A stretch of 64,000 bases of DNA, taken from Anaeromyxobacteraceae bacterium. Its GTDB lineage: Bacteria; Myxococcota; Myxococcia; Myxococcales; Anaeromyxobacteraceae. Shown piece after piece: positions 38,522 through 48,487 of this stretch (the first letter of the stretch is position 1; each line of letters opens with the position of its first letter). Below the pieces are notes generated by a model. That model was not told where the DNA came from. It saw nothing but the letters and a program-made list of their open reading frames with translations, and did not search any database. A program made the position numbers and the translations under genes. The stretch covers positions 2,208,001 through 2,272,000 of the forward strand of contig JASGHJ010000002.1 in NCBI GenBank assembly GCA_047602405.1, read 5' to 3'.

Positions 38522-39322
38522 CTACTCCGAGTCGTGCACGTGGTAGTGCGCGTGCACGTGGGCCGCGCCGCCGTGGCGGTGCTGGTGCCGGTGGGCGAGG
38601 CCGCTGCGGACGAGGAGCGGCTCGTTCCCGAGCAGGCGCTCCGGGGAGCCGTCGAACAGCACGCCCTCGCCGCGGGGGTGGAGCAGCACCGCGCGGGTCC
38701 CGAGCTCGGAGGCGATCGAGAGGTTGTGGGTGGACGCGACGATCGTCACGCCCTCGAGGCCGGCGAGGAGGTCCACGAGCCGGGCCTGCGCGGCCGGGTC
38801 CATGTTCGCGGTCGCCTCGTCGAGGAGGAGCGCGCGCGGGTGCATCGCGAGCACGGCGGCGAGGCCGACCCGCTTCTTCTCGCCGCCCGAGAGCTCGAAC
38901 GGCGGCCGGTCCGCGAGCGCCGTCACGTCGAGCGCGTCGGCCCAGCGGGCCACCCGCGCGTCCACGTCCGGGATCCCGAGCTGGCGCGGGCCGAAGGCGA
39001 TCTCGTCGGCGACGGTGGGGTTGAAGACCATCGCGTCGACGTTCTGGAAGAGGAGCCCGACCGCGCTCCGGAAGCTCCGACGGAACGCGGGGTCCTCGAG
39101 CGCGCGGGCGTCGAGGCGGGTCCCCTCGAACCGGACCTCGCCGCGCGTCGCGAAGGCGAGCCCGTCGAGCACGCGCATGAGCGTGCTCTTCCCGCAGCCG
39201 TTCACGCCGAGGAGCACGAGCCGCTCGCCGCGGTTGATCGTCAGGTCGAGGTCGCGCAGCACCGGCCGGCCGTTGACCTCGACGGTGATCCCCCGGAGCT
39301 CGAACGCGGGCGCGGCCGCCAT
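38522..39322 (-). CDS. ECF-type (CbiO/NikO-like) ABC ATPase with a His-rich C-terminal tail
   Basis: GVNGCGKST, LFQN..FNPTVADEIAFGP, LSGGEKKR, LLDE; tail HRHQHRHGGAAHVHAHYHVH. Confidence 0.88.
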   Translation of the reverse strand: MAAAPAFELRGITVEVNGRPVLRDLDLTINRGERLVLLGVNGCGKSTLMRVLDGLAFATRGEVRFEGTRLDARALEDPAFRRSFRSAVGLLFQNVDAMVFNPTVADEIAFGPRQLGIPDVDARVARWADALDVTALADRPPFELSGGEKKRVGLAAVLAMHPRALLLDEATANMDPAAQARLVDLLAGLEGVTIVASTHNLSIASELGTRAVLLHPRGEGVLFDGSPERLLGNEPLLVRSGLAHRHQHRHGGAAHVHAHYHVHDSE

Positions 39323-39936
39323 CAGAACCCCCTCGCGCGCATGGCGTCGGCGACGTCGCGCGCGTTCCGGAGCGAGAGCGTCATGAGCGCGGCCGTCGCG
39401 CCGCCGGCGCCCCGCACCGCGTCCAGCGCGCCGGGCCGGCGCAGGAGGCGCGAGCGCAGGCCCTGGGCGGACTCCGTCGCGAGGAGGCGCAGCGCGTGCG
39501 TCTGGGCGAGCGTGAGGACGAGGAGCCGGCTCGCGGCGGGCCAGGGCGCCGCGGCGGCGAGGAGGTCCACCCGGGCGACGACCCCGAAGGTCGCGAACGC
39601 GATGACGAGCGCGCGCAGGGCGAGCGCGAGCCAGGGCCACGGGTCGGGCCAGGCCCCGCGCGTCACCCGCTCGAGGCCGAGGGAGGCCGCCGCGAGGAGG
39701 AGGACCACGGGCGCGACCGCGAGGAGCGCCCGGCGGAGCGCCGCGACGGCGCCGTCCGCCAGCAGCACGAGCGCGACCGCGCCCGCGAGCGCGAGGTGCG
39801 AGGGCGCCCGGAGCGCGGAGACGGCGAAGACCCCGACGGCCCAGGCCGCGAGGATGCGACGGCTGCGGCCGGGCTCGCCCGCGCGGCGGCGCGGGAGCGG
39901 GGGCGGCGGCGCGCCGTGGTCGTGCCCGAGCGACAT
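39322..39936 (-). CDS. ECF transporter T component (CbiQ/NikQ-like)
   Basis: Hydrophobic; LRSR and C-terminal AMRARGF motifs; stop overlaps the ATPase start. Confidence 0.75.
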   Translation of the reverse strand: MSLGHDHGAPPPPLPRRRAGEPGRSRRILAAWAVGVFAVSALRAPSHLALAGAVALVLLADGAVAALRRALLAVAPVVLLLAAASLGLERVTRGAWPDPWPWLALALRALVIAFATFGVVARVDLLAAAAPWPAASRLLVLTLAQTHALRLLATESAQGLRSRLLRRPGALDAVRGAGGATAALMTLSLRNARDVADAMRARGF

Positions 39937-40000
39937 CTCGTGGCCCGTTGTAAGGCCAACGCGGCGATCCCGGCAACTCCGCGCTAAGAAGGACGGGAGG

Positions 40001-40972
40001 ATGGCCTCTCTCCAGCTCGACCTCTTCGGCGCCGCAGCCCCGCCGGCCCTCGCGGCCGCGCCGTCGGACCCGGCGCACGAGGCCCTCGCGGCCCGCCTCC
40101 CGGCGACGCTCCGGCTCGGGACCTCCTCGTGGTCGTTCCCGGGCTGGGCCGGGCTCCTCTACGACCGCGCCGCGAGCGAGGCCGCGCTCTCGAAGGCCGG
40201 GCTCCCGGCCTACGCCAGGAACCCGCTCCTGCGCGCCGTGGGCCTCGACCGCACCTACTACGCGCCGCTCGACGCCGCGGCCTTCGCGCTCCACGCCGCC
40301 CAGGTGCCCGAGGGGTTCCGCTTCCTCGTGAAGGCGTCGCAGGAGTGCACCTCGCCCACCCTCCTCACCGCCGCGGGCGGCAGCGCCGTGAACCCGCGGT
40401 TCCTCGACGCGGCGTGGGCCCGGGAGGCGGTGGTCGCGCCGGCGGTCGAGGGGCTGGGCGCGAAGCTCGGCGTGCTCCTGTTCCAGTTCCCGCCTCTCAC
40501 CTTCTCGGCCTCGCGGCGACCGGAGGCGGTGCTGGAGCGGCTCCGGGCCTTCCTCGCGGCGCTGCCCACGGGCGTGCCGTACGGCGTGGAGCTCCGGAGC
40601 CCGGCGCTGTTCACGCCCGCGTACGCCCGGCTCCTCGAGGAGACCGGCGCGCTCCACGCGTACGTCGTACACCCCGCCGCGCCCGACCTCGAAGCCCAGG
40701 CGCGCCTGTTGCCGCCGGAGGCGCAGCCGGCGCTCGTGCTGCGCTGGATGTTAGGGCACGGCCGCGGCTACGAGGAGGCGCGGGAGCTCTACCGGCCCTT
40801 CGATCGCCTCGCGGCGCCGGACCCAGACACGCGGGAGGCGGTCGCGCGGATCTGCGCGCGGGCGGTGGGGAAGGGCCGGCCCGGGATCGTCATCGTGAAC
40901 AACAAGGCGGAGGGCTGCTCGCCCCGGTCGGTGTTCGCGCTGGCGGAGCGGATCGTGGGGGAGCAGGCGTGA
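40001..40972 (+). CDS. DUF72 domain protein
   Basis: LGTSSWSFPGW, DRTYY, FRFLVKA, LFQFPP, VELR, NNKAEG. Confidence 0.88.
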   Translation: MASLQLDLFGAAAPPALAAAPSDPAHEALAARLPATLRLGTSSWSFPGWAGLLYDRAASEAALSKAGLPAYARNPLLRAVGLDRTYYAPLDAAAFALHAAQVPEGFRFLVKASQECTSPTLLTAAGGSAVNPRFLDAAWAREAVVAPAVEGLGAKLGVLLFQFPPLTFSASRRPEAVLERLRAFLAALPTGVPYGVELRSPALFTPAYARLLEETGALHAYVVHPAAPDLEAQARLLPPEAQPALVLRWMLGHGRGYEEARELYRPFDRLAAPDPDTREAVARICARAVGKGRPGIVIVNNKAEGCSPRSVFALAERIVGEQA

Positions 40973-40974
40973 GG

Positions 40975-41175
40975 GGTTAGAACCAGAACGGTTCAGCCGG
41001 CTGAACTGGAAATGCAAACCAGCATCGGCCGCGAGATGCGGGCGCGCATGAGCATTGCGCGCTTTGCCTCGCGTGACTCCGCACGGAGGCAGAGACCCGC
41101 GCCCGAAGATCGCGCGCCCCATCCGTTACACCACTGGTGGAGGGGCTTACGGAATCCGGGTTCACCCGGAGGAAG
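40975..41175. other. Hairpin-dense, compositionally atypical intergenic element (candidate ncRNA or mobile-element remnant)
   Basis: At least six stem-loops in series between convergent genes; more A/T than the flanks. Confidence 0.35.
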
Positions 41176-41208
41176 GACGCCGAGCAGCCGGCGGCCGCGC
41201 GCCCTCCC

Positions 41209-41967
41209 CTACTTCGGAAACAGCGGATTCCCCTCCCGCGGGTCCACCGACAGCGGCTGGCCGGGCGGGACGAGCGCGGGGTCGGCGCCGAGGCCGCGGA
41301 GCGAGGCCTTGAAGACGGTCCAGACCGCGGAGGGGCGGGCCTTCGGCGGGAGCGGCAGCGCGCAGGAGACCATCAACGACGCGAGGCCGTGCACGCCGGC
41401 CCAGGTCGAGAGCTCCGCGCCGATGCGGTCCTCGCGCGTGATCGCGCCGGCGGCGACGAGGCCGTCGAGCGTGTCGAGCAGGATCTGGAACGCGTCGCGG
41501 CCGGACTTCGCGGCGCCGGGCTTGAAGCCCTCGAGCGAGCGGATCTCGCCCCGGAACATGATGCGGAAGTGCTCGGGGTGGCGGACGGCGTGGTCGACGT
41601 AGGCCTCGCCGATGGCCTGGAGCGACCGCACCGCGTGGGCCTTCGTGCCGGGCGTCCCCTCCACCGCGGCGAGCGCCCGCTCCATGTGCGTCGCGAGGCG
41701 GGCGTGCGAGTCGATCGAGAGCGCGGCGAGGAGGTGCAGCTTGTCCGGGAAGTGCCGGTAGGCGGCCGCCGGCGAGACGCCGACCACCCGGGCGGCCTCC
41801 CGCAGGCTGAAGCCGTCGGGGCCGTCCTGCTGGACGAGCTTCACCGCGGCCTCGAGGAGTGCGTTCCTCAGATCGCCGTGGTGGTAAGCGTCCCTTTCGG
41901 CGTTGCTGCGCGAAGCCTTGCTGCTCGGGGCACCGGCGCTGCGCGGGGCTCTGTTGGGGCGTGCCAT
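41209..41967 (-). CDS. TetR family transcriptional regulator (WHG-like C-terminus)
   Basis: YHHGDLR, FSLREAARVVGVSPAAAYRHF and WAGVHGLA. Confidence 0.9.
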   Translation of the reverse strand: MARPNRAPRSAGAPSSKASRSNAERDAYHHGDLRNALLEAAVKLVQQDGPDGFSLREAARVVGVSPAAAYRHFPDKLHLLAALSIDSHARLATHMERALAAVEGTPGTKAHAVRSLQAIGEAYVDHAVRHPEHFRIMFRGEIRSLEGFKPGAAKSGRDAFQILLDTLDGLVAAGAITREDRIGAELSTWAGVHGLASLMVSCALPLPPKARPSAVWTVFKASLRGLGADPALVPPGQPLSVDPREGNPLFPK

Positions 41968-41977
41968 CGCGGTCCAT

Positions 41978-42053
41978 GTTGACATCGTTCACTCGGGTTG
42001 GCAAGAGTACCGGCACCACGATGAACACCGTTCACATTGTGAACGACGTTCAC
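41978..42053. promoter_or_regulatory. Three copies of a palindromic operator GTGAAC-N3-GTTCAC (probable TetR sites)
   Basis: GTTGACATCGTTCAC 41978-41992, ATGAACACCGTTCAC 42021-42035 and GTGAACGACGTTCAC 42039-42053, between divergent tetR and efflux genes. Confidence 0.75.
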
Positions 42054-42074
42054 CCGAAGCTCCGGGAGCCCCCG

Positions 42075-43115
42075 ATGACCCGCACCGCCCTGCCCCTCGC
42101 CCTCTCCGCGGCCCTCGCCGCCCTCCTCGCCTCGGGCTGCGCCCGCACCGCGGCCGCCCCGGCGTCGCCGGACCCGGCCGTCGCCGTCCGCACCGTCCCG
42201 GTGGACCGCAGCCCCGTGCAGCGCTCGGTGCGGGTGGCCGGCACGGTCGCGGCCCGGGACGCCTGGACCCTCGCCTTCCCGGCGGGCGGCGTGGTCGCCG
42301 CCGTGAACGTCCGCGAGGGCCAGGCCGTCCGCAGGGGCGACCTCCTCGCCTCGCTCGACCTCACGCCGCTCGAGGCGCAGGCGCGCCAGGCGCACGAGGC
42401 GCTCCAGAAGGCCACCCGTGACGCCGGGCGGGTCCGCTCGCTCGTGGCGGGCGAGGCCGCGCCCGCGGCCGCGGCCCAGGACGCCGAGACCGGCCTCGAG
42501 GTCGCCGCCGCCGCGGTGCGCGCGGCCGACTTCGCGCTCGCGCGCGCCCGCCTCGTGGCGCGCGACGACGGCTGGGTGGACCGGCGCTTCGTCGAGCCGG
42601 GCGAGGTCGTCGGGCCGGGCCAGCCCATCGTCTCGGTGAGCGGCCGCGCCGGGGGCTGGATCGTGAAGGCCGGGCTCGCCGACCGCGACGTCCTCGGCCT
42701 CGCGGTGGGCGACCCCGCCACCGCCGTGCTCGACGCGCGGCCCGGCGCCCCGCTCGCCGGGCACGTCGCCGAGATCGCCCGCTCGCCGTCGCCGGCCACC
42801 GGCACCTACGAGATCCAGCTCCGCCTCGACCACCCGCCGGCCGACCTCGTCGCGGGCCTCACCGCGAAGGTCGAGCTGCGCCGCGCGTTTCCCGCCGCCG
42901 GCAGCGTGCCGCTCGCCGCCGTGCTCGACGGCGACGGCGACCGGGGCGCGGTCTTCGCGCTCGCCGGCGGCCGGGCCCGCCGCGTCCCCGTCCGGATCGC
43001 CTTCCTGCAGGGCGAGCGCGCGGTGCTCGCGGGGGGCCTCGAAGGGGTCGATGAGATCGTGCTCGAGGGGGCGTCGAAGCTGGTGGACGGCGCGCCCGTG
43101 CGGCGCGCCCCGTAG
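42075..43115 (+). CDS. RND efflux periplasmic adaptor (MFP) lipoprotein
   Basis: Lipobox LASGC; GGVVAAVNVREGQAVRRGDLLA lipoyl half; VEPGEVVGPGQP. Confidence 0.88.
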   Translation: MTRTALPLALSAALAALLASGCARTAAAPASPDPAVAVRTVPVDRSPVQRSVRVAGTVAARDAWTLAFPAGGVVAAVNVREGQAVRRGDLLASLDLTPLEAQARQAHEALQKATRDAGRVRSLVAGEAAPAAAAQDAETGLEVAAAAVRAADFALARARLVARDDGWVDRRFVEPGEVVGPGQPIVSVSGRAGGWIVKAGLADRDVLGLAVGDPATAVLDARPGAPLAGHVAEIARSPSPATGTYEIQLRLDHPPADLVAGLTAKVELRRAFPAAGSVPLAAVLDGDGDRGAVFALAGGRARRVPVRIAFLQGERAVLAGGLEGVDEIVLEGASKLVDGAPVRRAP

Positions 43116-43151
43116 CCCCTCGACGACCGACCGACCCGCCCGGAGCCGCCC

Positions 43152-46100
43152 ATGCACGTCGCCGAGTTCGCCGTCCGCCGCTGGCAGTTCACCCTGGTCG
43201 TCTTCCTCGGGATCGCCCTCCTCGGGGTGTCCTCGCTCCTCTCCATCCCGAAGCAGGAGGACCCGTCGTTCGACTACCCGAACTTCGCGGTCGTCGCCGT
43301 GATGCCCGGCGCCGCGCCCGCGGACGTCGAGCGGCTCGTCGTGCAGCCGGTCGAGACCCGGCTCGCGTCCCTCGAGGACGTGAAGTCGATGAAGACCACC
43401 GCCTCCGACGGCCTCGCGGTCACCCAGCTCGAGTTCACCGCCGGCACCGACCCGGCGAGGAAGCGCGACGACGTCCTGCGCGAGCTCTCCGCGCTCCGCC
43501 CGACGCTCCCGCGAGAGCTCGCCCGGCTCGACGTGAACGAGTTCAACGCGAGCGAGGTCAACATCGTGCAGGTGGCGCTCGCGAGCCCGACCGCGCCGTA
43601 CGGCGAGCTCGACCGCCTGTCCCGCGCGCTCAAGCGGCGCCTCGAGGGCGTGCCCGGCGTCGCGAAGGTCGTCGTCGACGGCCTGCCCCCGCGCGGGGTC
43701 CAGGTGGCGGTCGATCCGGAGCGGCTCGCCGCGATGGCGGTCTCCCCGCTCGAGGTCATCGGCGCGATCGGCGCCGAGGCACAGAGCATCCCCGCCGGCT
43801 CGCTCGACGCCGGGGCCCGGCAGCTCTCGGTGAAGACGAGCGGCGACTTCCGCTCGGTCGAGGAGATCGCCGAGACCGTGGTCCGGAACGCGGGCGGCAG
43901 GACGATCCGGGTCCGCGACGTCGGGACCGTCGCGCTGCGCGACGCGGAGCCGGTGCACCTCGTGCGGGTCGACGGCGTGCGCGCGGTCTCGATCGCCGCG
44001 AACCAGAAGCAGGGCCAGAACATCTTCGACGTCCGCGCCGGGATCGAGAGGGAGCTCCGCGGCTTCGAAGGGGAGCTCCCCGCGGGGGTCTCGCTCGTGG
44101 GCGCGTTCGATCAGGCCGAGAACGTGAAGCACCGCCTGGGCGGGTTCAGCCGCGACTTCGCGATCGCCATCTTCCTCGTGCTCCTCACCCTCCTGCCGCT
44201 CGGCGGCCGGGCCGCGATCGTGGTGATGGTCTCCATCCCGCTCTCGCTCGCGCTCGGCGTCGTGCTCCTCCAGCTCACCGGCTACACCATCAACCAGCTC
44301 TCGATCGTCGGCTTCGTGATCGCCCTCGGGCTCCTCGTCGACGACTCGATCGTCGTGGTCGAGAACGTCACCCGCTGGATCCGCCAGGGCCACGCACCGC
44401 GCGAGGCCGCCGTCCGGGCCACCCGGCAGATCACGCTCTCGGTGCTGGGCTGCACCGCCACGCTCGTCTTCGCCTTCCTGCCGCTGCTCGCGCTGCCGGG
44501 CGCGCCGGGCTCTTCATCCGCAGCATGCCCATCGCGGTGGTCTTCACGATCCTGGCCTCCCTCGTGGTCTCGCTCACGGTCGTGCCGTTCCTGTCGAGCC
44601 TGCTGCTCAGGCCCGAGGCGGAGCACGGCAACGTCTTCCTGCGCGGCCTCACCTGGGCGATCGACCAGAGCTACGGCAAGATCCTCTCCCTCGCGATGGC
44701 GCGGCCGGCCCTGACGATCGGCGGCTCGGCGCTCCTCCTCGCCGGCGCCCTCGCGCTCGTGCCGTCCATCGGCTTCAGCCTCTTCCCGAAGTCCGGCCTC
44801 CCCCAGTTCCGGGTGACCATCGAGGCGCCGGAGGGCGCGAGCCTCGCCGCGACCGACGCCGCCACCCGCTTCGCCGAGGCGGCGCTGCGCCGCCACCCGG
44901 AGGTCGTCCGCACCGTCGCGAACGTCGGCAAGGGCAACCCGCGCGTCTACTACAACGTGGCGCAGAAGAACGAGGTCTCGAGCGCGGGCGAGATCCTCGG
45001 CGTGCTCGACACCCGCGAGGAGGCGAGCATCGAGCGCGTCCTCTCCGCCATCCGGGCCGAGGTGTCCGGCTACCCCGGCGCGGTCATCGAGGTGAAGGAG
45101 TTCGAGCAGGGGCCGCCGGTCGACGCGCCCATCGCGGTGCGGGTCCTGTCCGAGGACCCGGTGAAGCTCGAGGCCGCCGCCCGCGAGGTGGAGGCGGTCA
45201 TGCTCGCGACCGAGGGCACCCGCTACGTGAAGAACCCGAGCCGGGACCGCAAGAGCGACCTCCGCGTCCGGATCGACCGGGACCGGGCGGCGCTCGCCGG
45301 CGTCGCGGTGCCCGACGTGGACCGCGCGGTCCGGCTCGCGGTGGGCGGCATCACCGCCGCGACCTACCGCGACGAGGGCTCCGACGTGGCCTGGGACGTG
45401 CGGGTCACGGCCCCGCGCCTGGACGGCCCCGCGCCGCTCCCGGGCGGCGCCCGGCCCGGCCTCGACGTCCTCGAGCGGCTCTACCTCCCCGCCGCGCGCG
45501 GCGCGGTCCCGCTCGCGCAGGTGGCGGACCTCGTGCTCGAGCCATCGCCGGCGCGCATCGACCACTTCGACCGGGTGCGCTCCACGACGGTCACCGCCTG
45601 GACCCGCGAGGGCTTCAACACCGACCGGCTCACGAAGCAGATCCTCGCGGCGATCGAGGGGAAGCGCTTCCCCGGGGGCGTGACGATCCAGGCGGCCGGC
45701 GAGCTCGAGAGCCGCCAGCAGAGCTTCGGGGGGCTCGGGAGCGCCATCATCGTCGCGATCGCGGGCGTGCTCGCCGTGCTCGTGCTCGAGTTCCGCACCT
45801 TCCGCTCGACGCTCATCGTCGCCTCGGTGATCCCGCTCGGCGTGATCGGCGGGCTCGTGGCGCTCTGGCTGACCGGTTACACCCTCTCCTTCACGGCGGT
45901 GGTCGGGTTCGTCGCGCTCATGGGCATCGAGGTGAAGAACTCGATCCTGCTCGTCGACTTCACGAACCAGCTCCGCCGGGAGGGGCTCGGCCTCGAGGCC
46001 GCCATCCACCGCGCCGGGGAGGCCCGCTTCGTGCCCATCCTGCTGACGACGCTCACCGCGCTCGGCGGGCTCGTGCCGCTCGCCCTGGAGCGCTCGGCGC

Positions 46101-46264
46101 TTTTCTCCCCGCTCGCCGTCGTGATCATCGGCGGGCTCGTCTCGTCCACCCTCCTCGCCCGCGTGGTGACGCCGGTGCTGTACCGGCTCCTGCCGCCGGA
46201 GCTCGAGAATGCACCCGAGCCCGACGCCGCGACGGTGCCGGGCGCGCTCCCCGCTCACCCCTGA
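43152..46264 (+). CDS. RND efflux permease (AcrB/AcrD/AcrF family); -1 frameshift at ~44508
   Basis: IALGLLVDDSIVVVEN, VKNSILLVD, RFVPILLTT; two ORF halves join by one base. Confidence 0.9.
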
Positions 46265-46366
46265 AGGCGCCGCCCATGATGGCCCTCTTCTGGCTCACGC
46301 TGCTCACCCCGCTGCCGCCCGCACGAAGCTTGCCCGGGTCCCGGGCGCGTGGTGGAGTGGCCTCCG

Positions 46367-47464
46367 ATGCTCGGGTGGCTCCAGCGCTGGCTCCGCGGTC
46401 CCGCCGCCGACGCGCCACCCCGCGCGGCGCCGGCGGCGCGGCGCCACGCCCCGGCCCCGGCCCCGGCGCCGGCGCCCGCCGAGCCCGCCGCGCCGGAGGG
46501 TGAGCCCGCCTCGCCCTTCGCGCCGTTCGCGAAGGTGCTCGGCGTCGCCATCCCGCCGCCGCCCCCCGATCCGGACGCGACCGAGCCGGACGCCGCCCTC
46601 GAGGAGGCCGCGGCGCGGGTCCTCGCCCACTTCCAGAAGAACCGGCCCGGGCCGGCCTCCGCCCCATCGCTCTCGCTCCGGGTCCTGAACCTCGTCGCGA
46701 CGCCGAACGCGGACATGACCGAGATGGTCCGCCTCATCTCGGCGGACCCCGCGCTCTCGGCCGGGCTGCTCACCGTCGCGAACTCGGTGCAGTACCGGGG
46801 CATGCAGGAGATCGAGACCGTCCGGGCGGCCGTCGTCCGCCTCGGCCTCGAGGAGGTCGCCCGCGTCGCCGGCGCGCTCGCCGCGAAGAGCCTCTTCAAC
46901 CCGAAGCTCAAGGCCGAGATCGCCGCGCACCAGGGCCGGTTCGCGGCGCTGTACCACCGCTCGATCACGGTCGCGAACGGCGCCGCCTTCGTGGCCCTCC
47001 AGCGGCGCGAGGCGAGGGCCGACCGGGCGTTCCTCGGCGGGCTCCTGCACGACGTGGGGCGGTCGGTCGCCCTGCGGTCGGTCGCCGCGCTCGCGTTCGC
47101 GGGCGAGGCGATGCCGGAGGCCGAGGCCCTCGACCGGCTCCTCGACCGCGTGCACGTCGAGGTCGGCGCCGAGTGTCACCAGGAGTGGTCGATGCCGCAG
47201 TACCTCACGGTCATCGCGGTCCGGCACCACGAGCCGGCGATCCCGGCGGGGGCCGAGTTCGCCGACCTCCACTCGGTGCGGCTCGCCTCGGCGCTCGCCT
47301 GCCTGCGCGAGCCGACGATGGCCTCACGCGCAGCCGCCGAGGTCGTCCAGAGCGCGCAGGCGCTCGCCATGGACCCTTACGCGGTCCGCTCGGTCGACGC
47401 CGAGCTCCGCGAGGCCGGGCAGCGGGCCGCGGCGGCGTTCGGGATCGTGCCCGCCCGCCGGTGA
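46367..47464 (+). CDS. HDOD domain protein
   Basis: ISADPALSAGLLTVANS, AVVRLG, AFLGGLLHDVG, H..VG...W.MP...HH. Confidence 0.85.
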   Translation: MLGWLQRWLRGPAADAPPRAAPAARRHAPAPAPAPAPAEPAAPEGEPASPFAPFAKVLGVAIPPPPPDPDATEPDAALEEAAARVLAHFQKNRPGPASAPSLSLRVLNLVATPNADMTEMVRLISADPALSAGLLTVANSVQYRGMQEIETVRAAVVRLGLEEVARVAGALAAKSLFNPKLKAEIAAHQGRFAALYHRSITVANGAAFVALQRREARADRAFLGGLLHDVGRSVALRSVAALAFAGEAMPEAEALDRLLDRVHVEVGAECHQEWSMPQYLTVIAVRHHEPAIPAGAEFADLHSVRLASALACLREPTMASRAAAEVVQSAQALAMDPYAVRSVDAELREAGQRAAAAFGIVPARR

Positions 47465-47481
47465 GCGGCCACCGCCGCGCC

Positions 47482-48468
47482 CTACTTCAGCGCGGAGCGC
47501 TTCAGGTAGCCGCTCTCGACGAGGACCGCCTCGAGGTTCTCCTTCGTGACCGCCGCCGGGGCGAGCAGGACCGAGGGCACCGGGCGCCGGCCGTTCGAGG
47601 TCACCTTGCCGCCGGTGTCCACCGGCTTCCCCTCCGCGAGCGCCACGGCGAGCTCGATGGCGCGGCGGCCGAGCTCGCGGGTGTCCTTGAAGACCGTCAT
47701 GCCCTGCGTACCGGCGAGGATCCGCGCCGCGGCGGAGGCCTCCGCGTCCTGGCCGGTGACCGGCACCTTGCCGGCGAGCCCGTGCGCCTTCAGCGCCTCG
47801 ATGCAGCCGCCGGCGGTGCCGTCGTTCGGGGCGAGCACGGCGTCGATCGCCCCCTTCTGCGCGACGATCGCCTGCTCGCAGAGCTTCTTCGCCTCGGCCG
47901 GCTGCCAGTCCTTCACCGCCTGATCCATGACCACCCTCACGTCGCCGCGGTCCTGGAGCGGCTTCAGCACCTTCATGGCGCCGAGCGCGAAGAGCATCGC
48001 GTTCGAGTCGGTGGGAGCGCCGGAGAGCACGACCCACGCGCCCTTCGGCGCCTTGCGGGTGAGCCACTCCGCCTGGAGCTCGCCGACGCGGGTGTTGTCG
48101 AACGACAGGTACAGGTAGTCCTGCGGCGAGTTCGTGACGAGGCGGTCGTAGCTGATGACGCGGACGCCCGCGCGCGTGGCGCGGTCGACGATCGCGGCCG
48201 CCGCCGCGCCGTCGTGGGGGGCGATGACGAGCACCTTCACGCCCTTCGCGATGAGGGCGTCGCACTGGGCCGCCTGCTTCGAGGCGTCGTTGTCGGCGAT
48301 CGCCACCTCGAGCTCGGCGCCCGCCTTCTTCGCGGCCGCCTCCATCACCTGGCGGTCGCGCACCCAGCGCTCCTCGCGCTGGGTCGGGAGGGAGACGCCG
48401 ATCTTCGGGCCGGCGAACGCCGGGGCGGCGAGGAGGAGCAGGGCGAGGGACGTGGCGAGGCGCTGCAT
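47482..48468 (-). CDS. Sugar-binding periplasmic protein, XylF/ChvE-like (no ABC permease nearby)
   Basis: Signal peptide; ERWVRD, ISYDRL, SFDNTRVGELQA, GAPTDSNA, PNDGTAGG, TGQDAE, MTVFKD. Confidence 0.88.
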   Translation of the reverse strand: MQRLATSLALLLLAAPAFAGPKIGVSLPTQREERWVRDRQVMEAAAKKAGAELEVAIADNDASKQAAQCDALIAKGVKVLVIAPHDGAAAAAIVDRATRAGVRVISYDRLVTNSPQDYLYLSFDNTRVGELQAEWLTRKAPKGAWVVLSGAPTDSNAMLFALGAMKVLKPLQDRGDVRVVMDQAVKDWQPAEAKKLCEQAIVAQKGAIDAVLAPNDGTAGGCIEALKAHGLAGKVPVTGQDAEASAAARILAGTQGMTVFKDTRELGRRAIELAVALAEGKPVDTGGKVTSNGRRPVPSVLLAPAAVTKENLEAVLVESGYLKRSALK

Positions 48469-48487
48469 GGTGACCTCCGGGGTGCGC

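Noticed and set aside
41005..41075. Possible c-di-GMP-I (GEMM) riboswitch suggested by GCAAACC / GGCAAAGC
   Set aside because: No GNRA-capped P2 with the following GACGCAAAGC pattern, and the site lies between convergent 3' ends rather than in a leader
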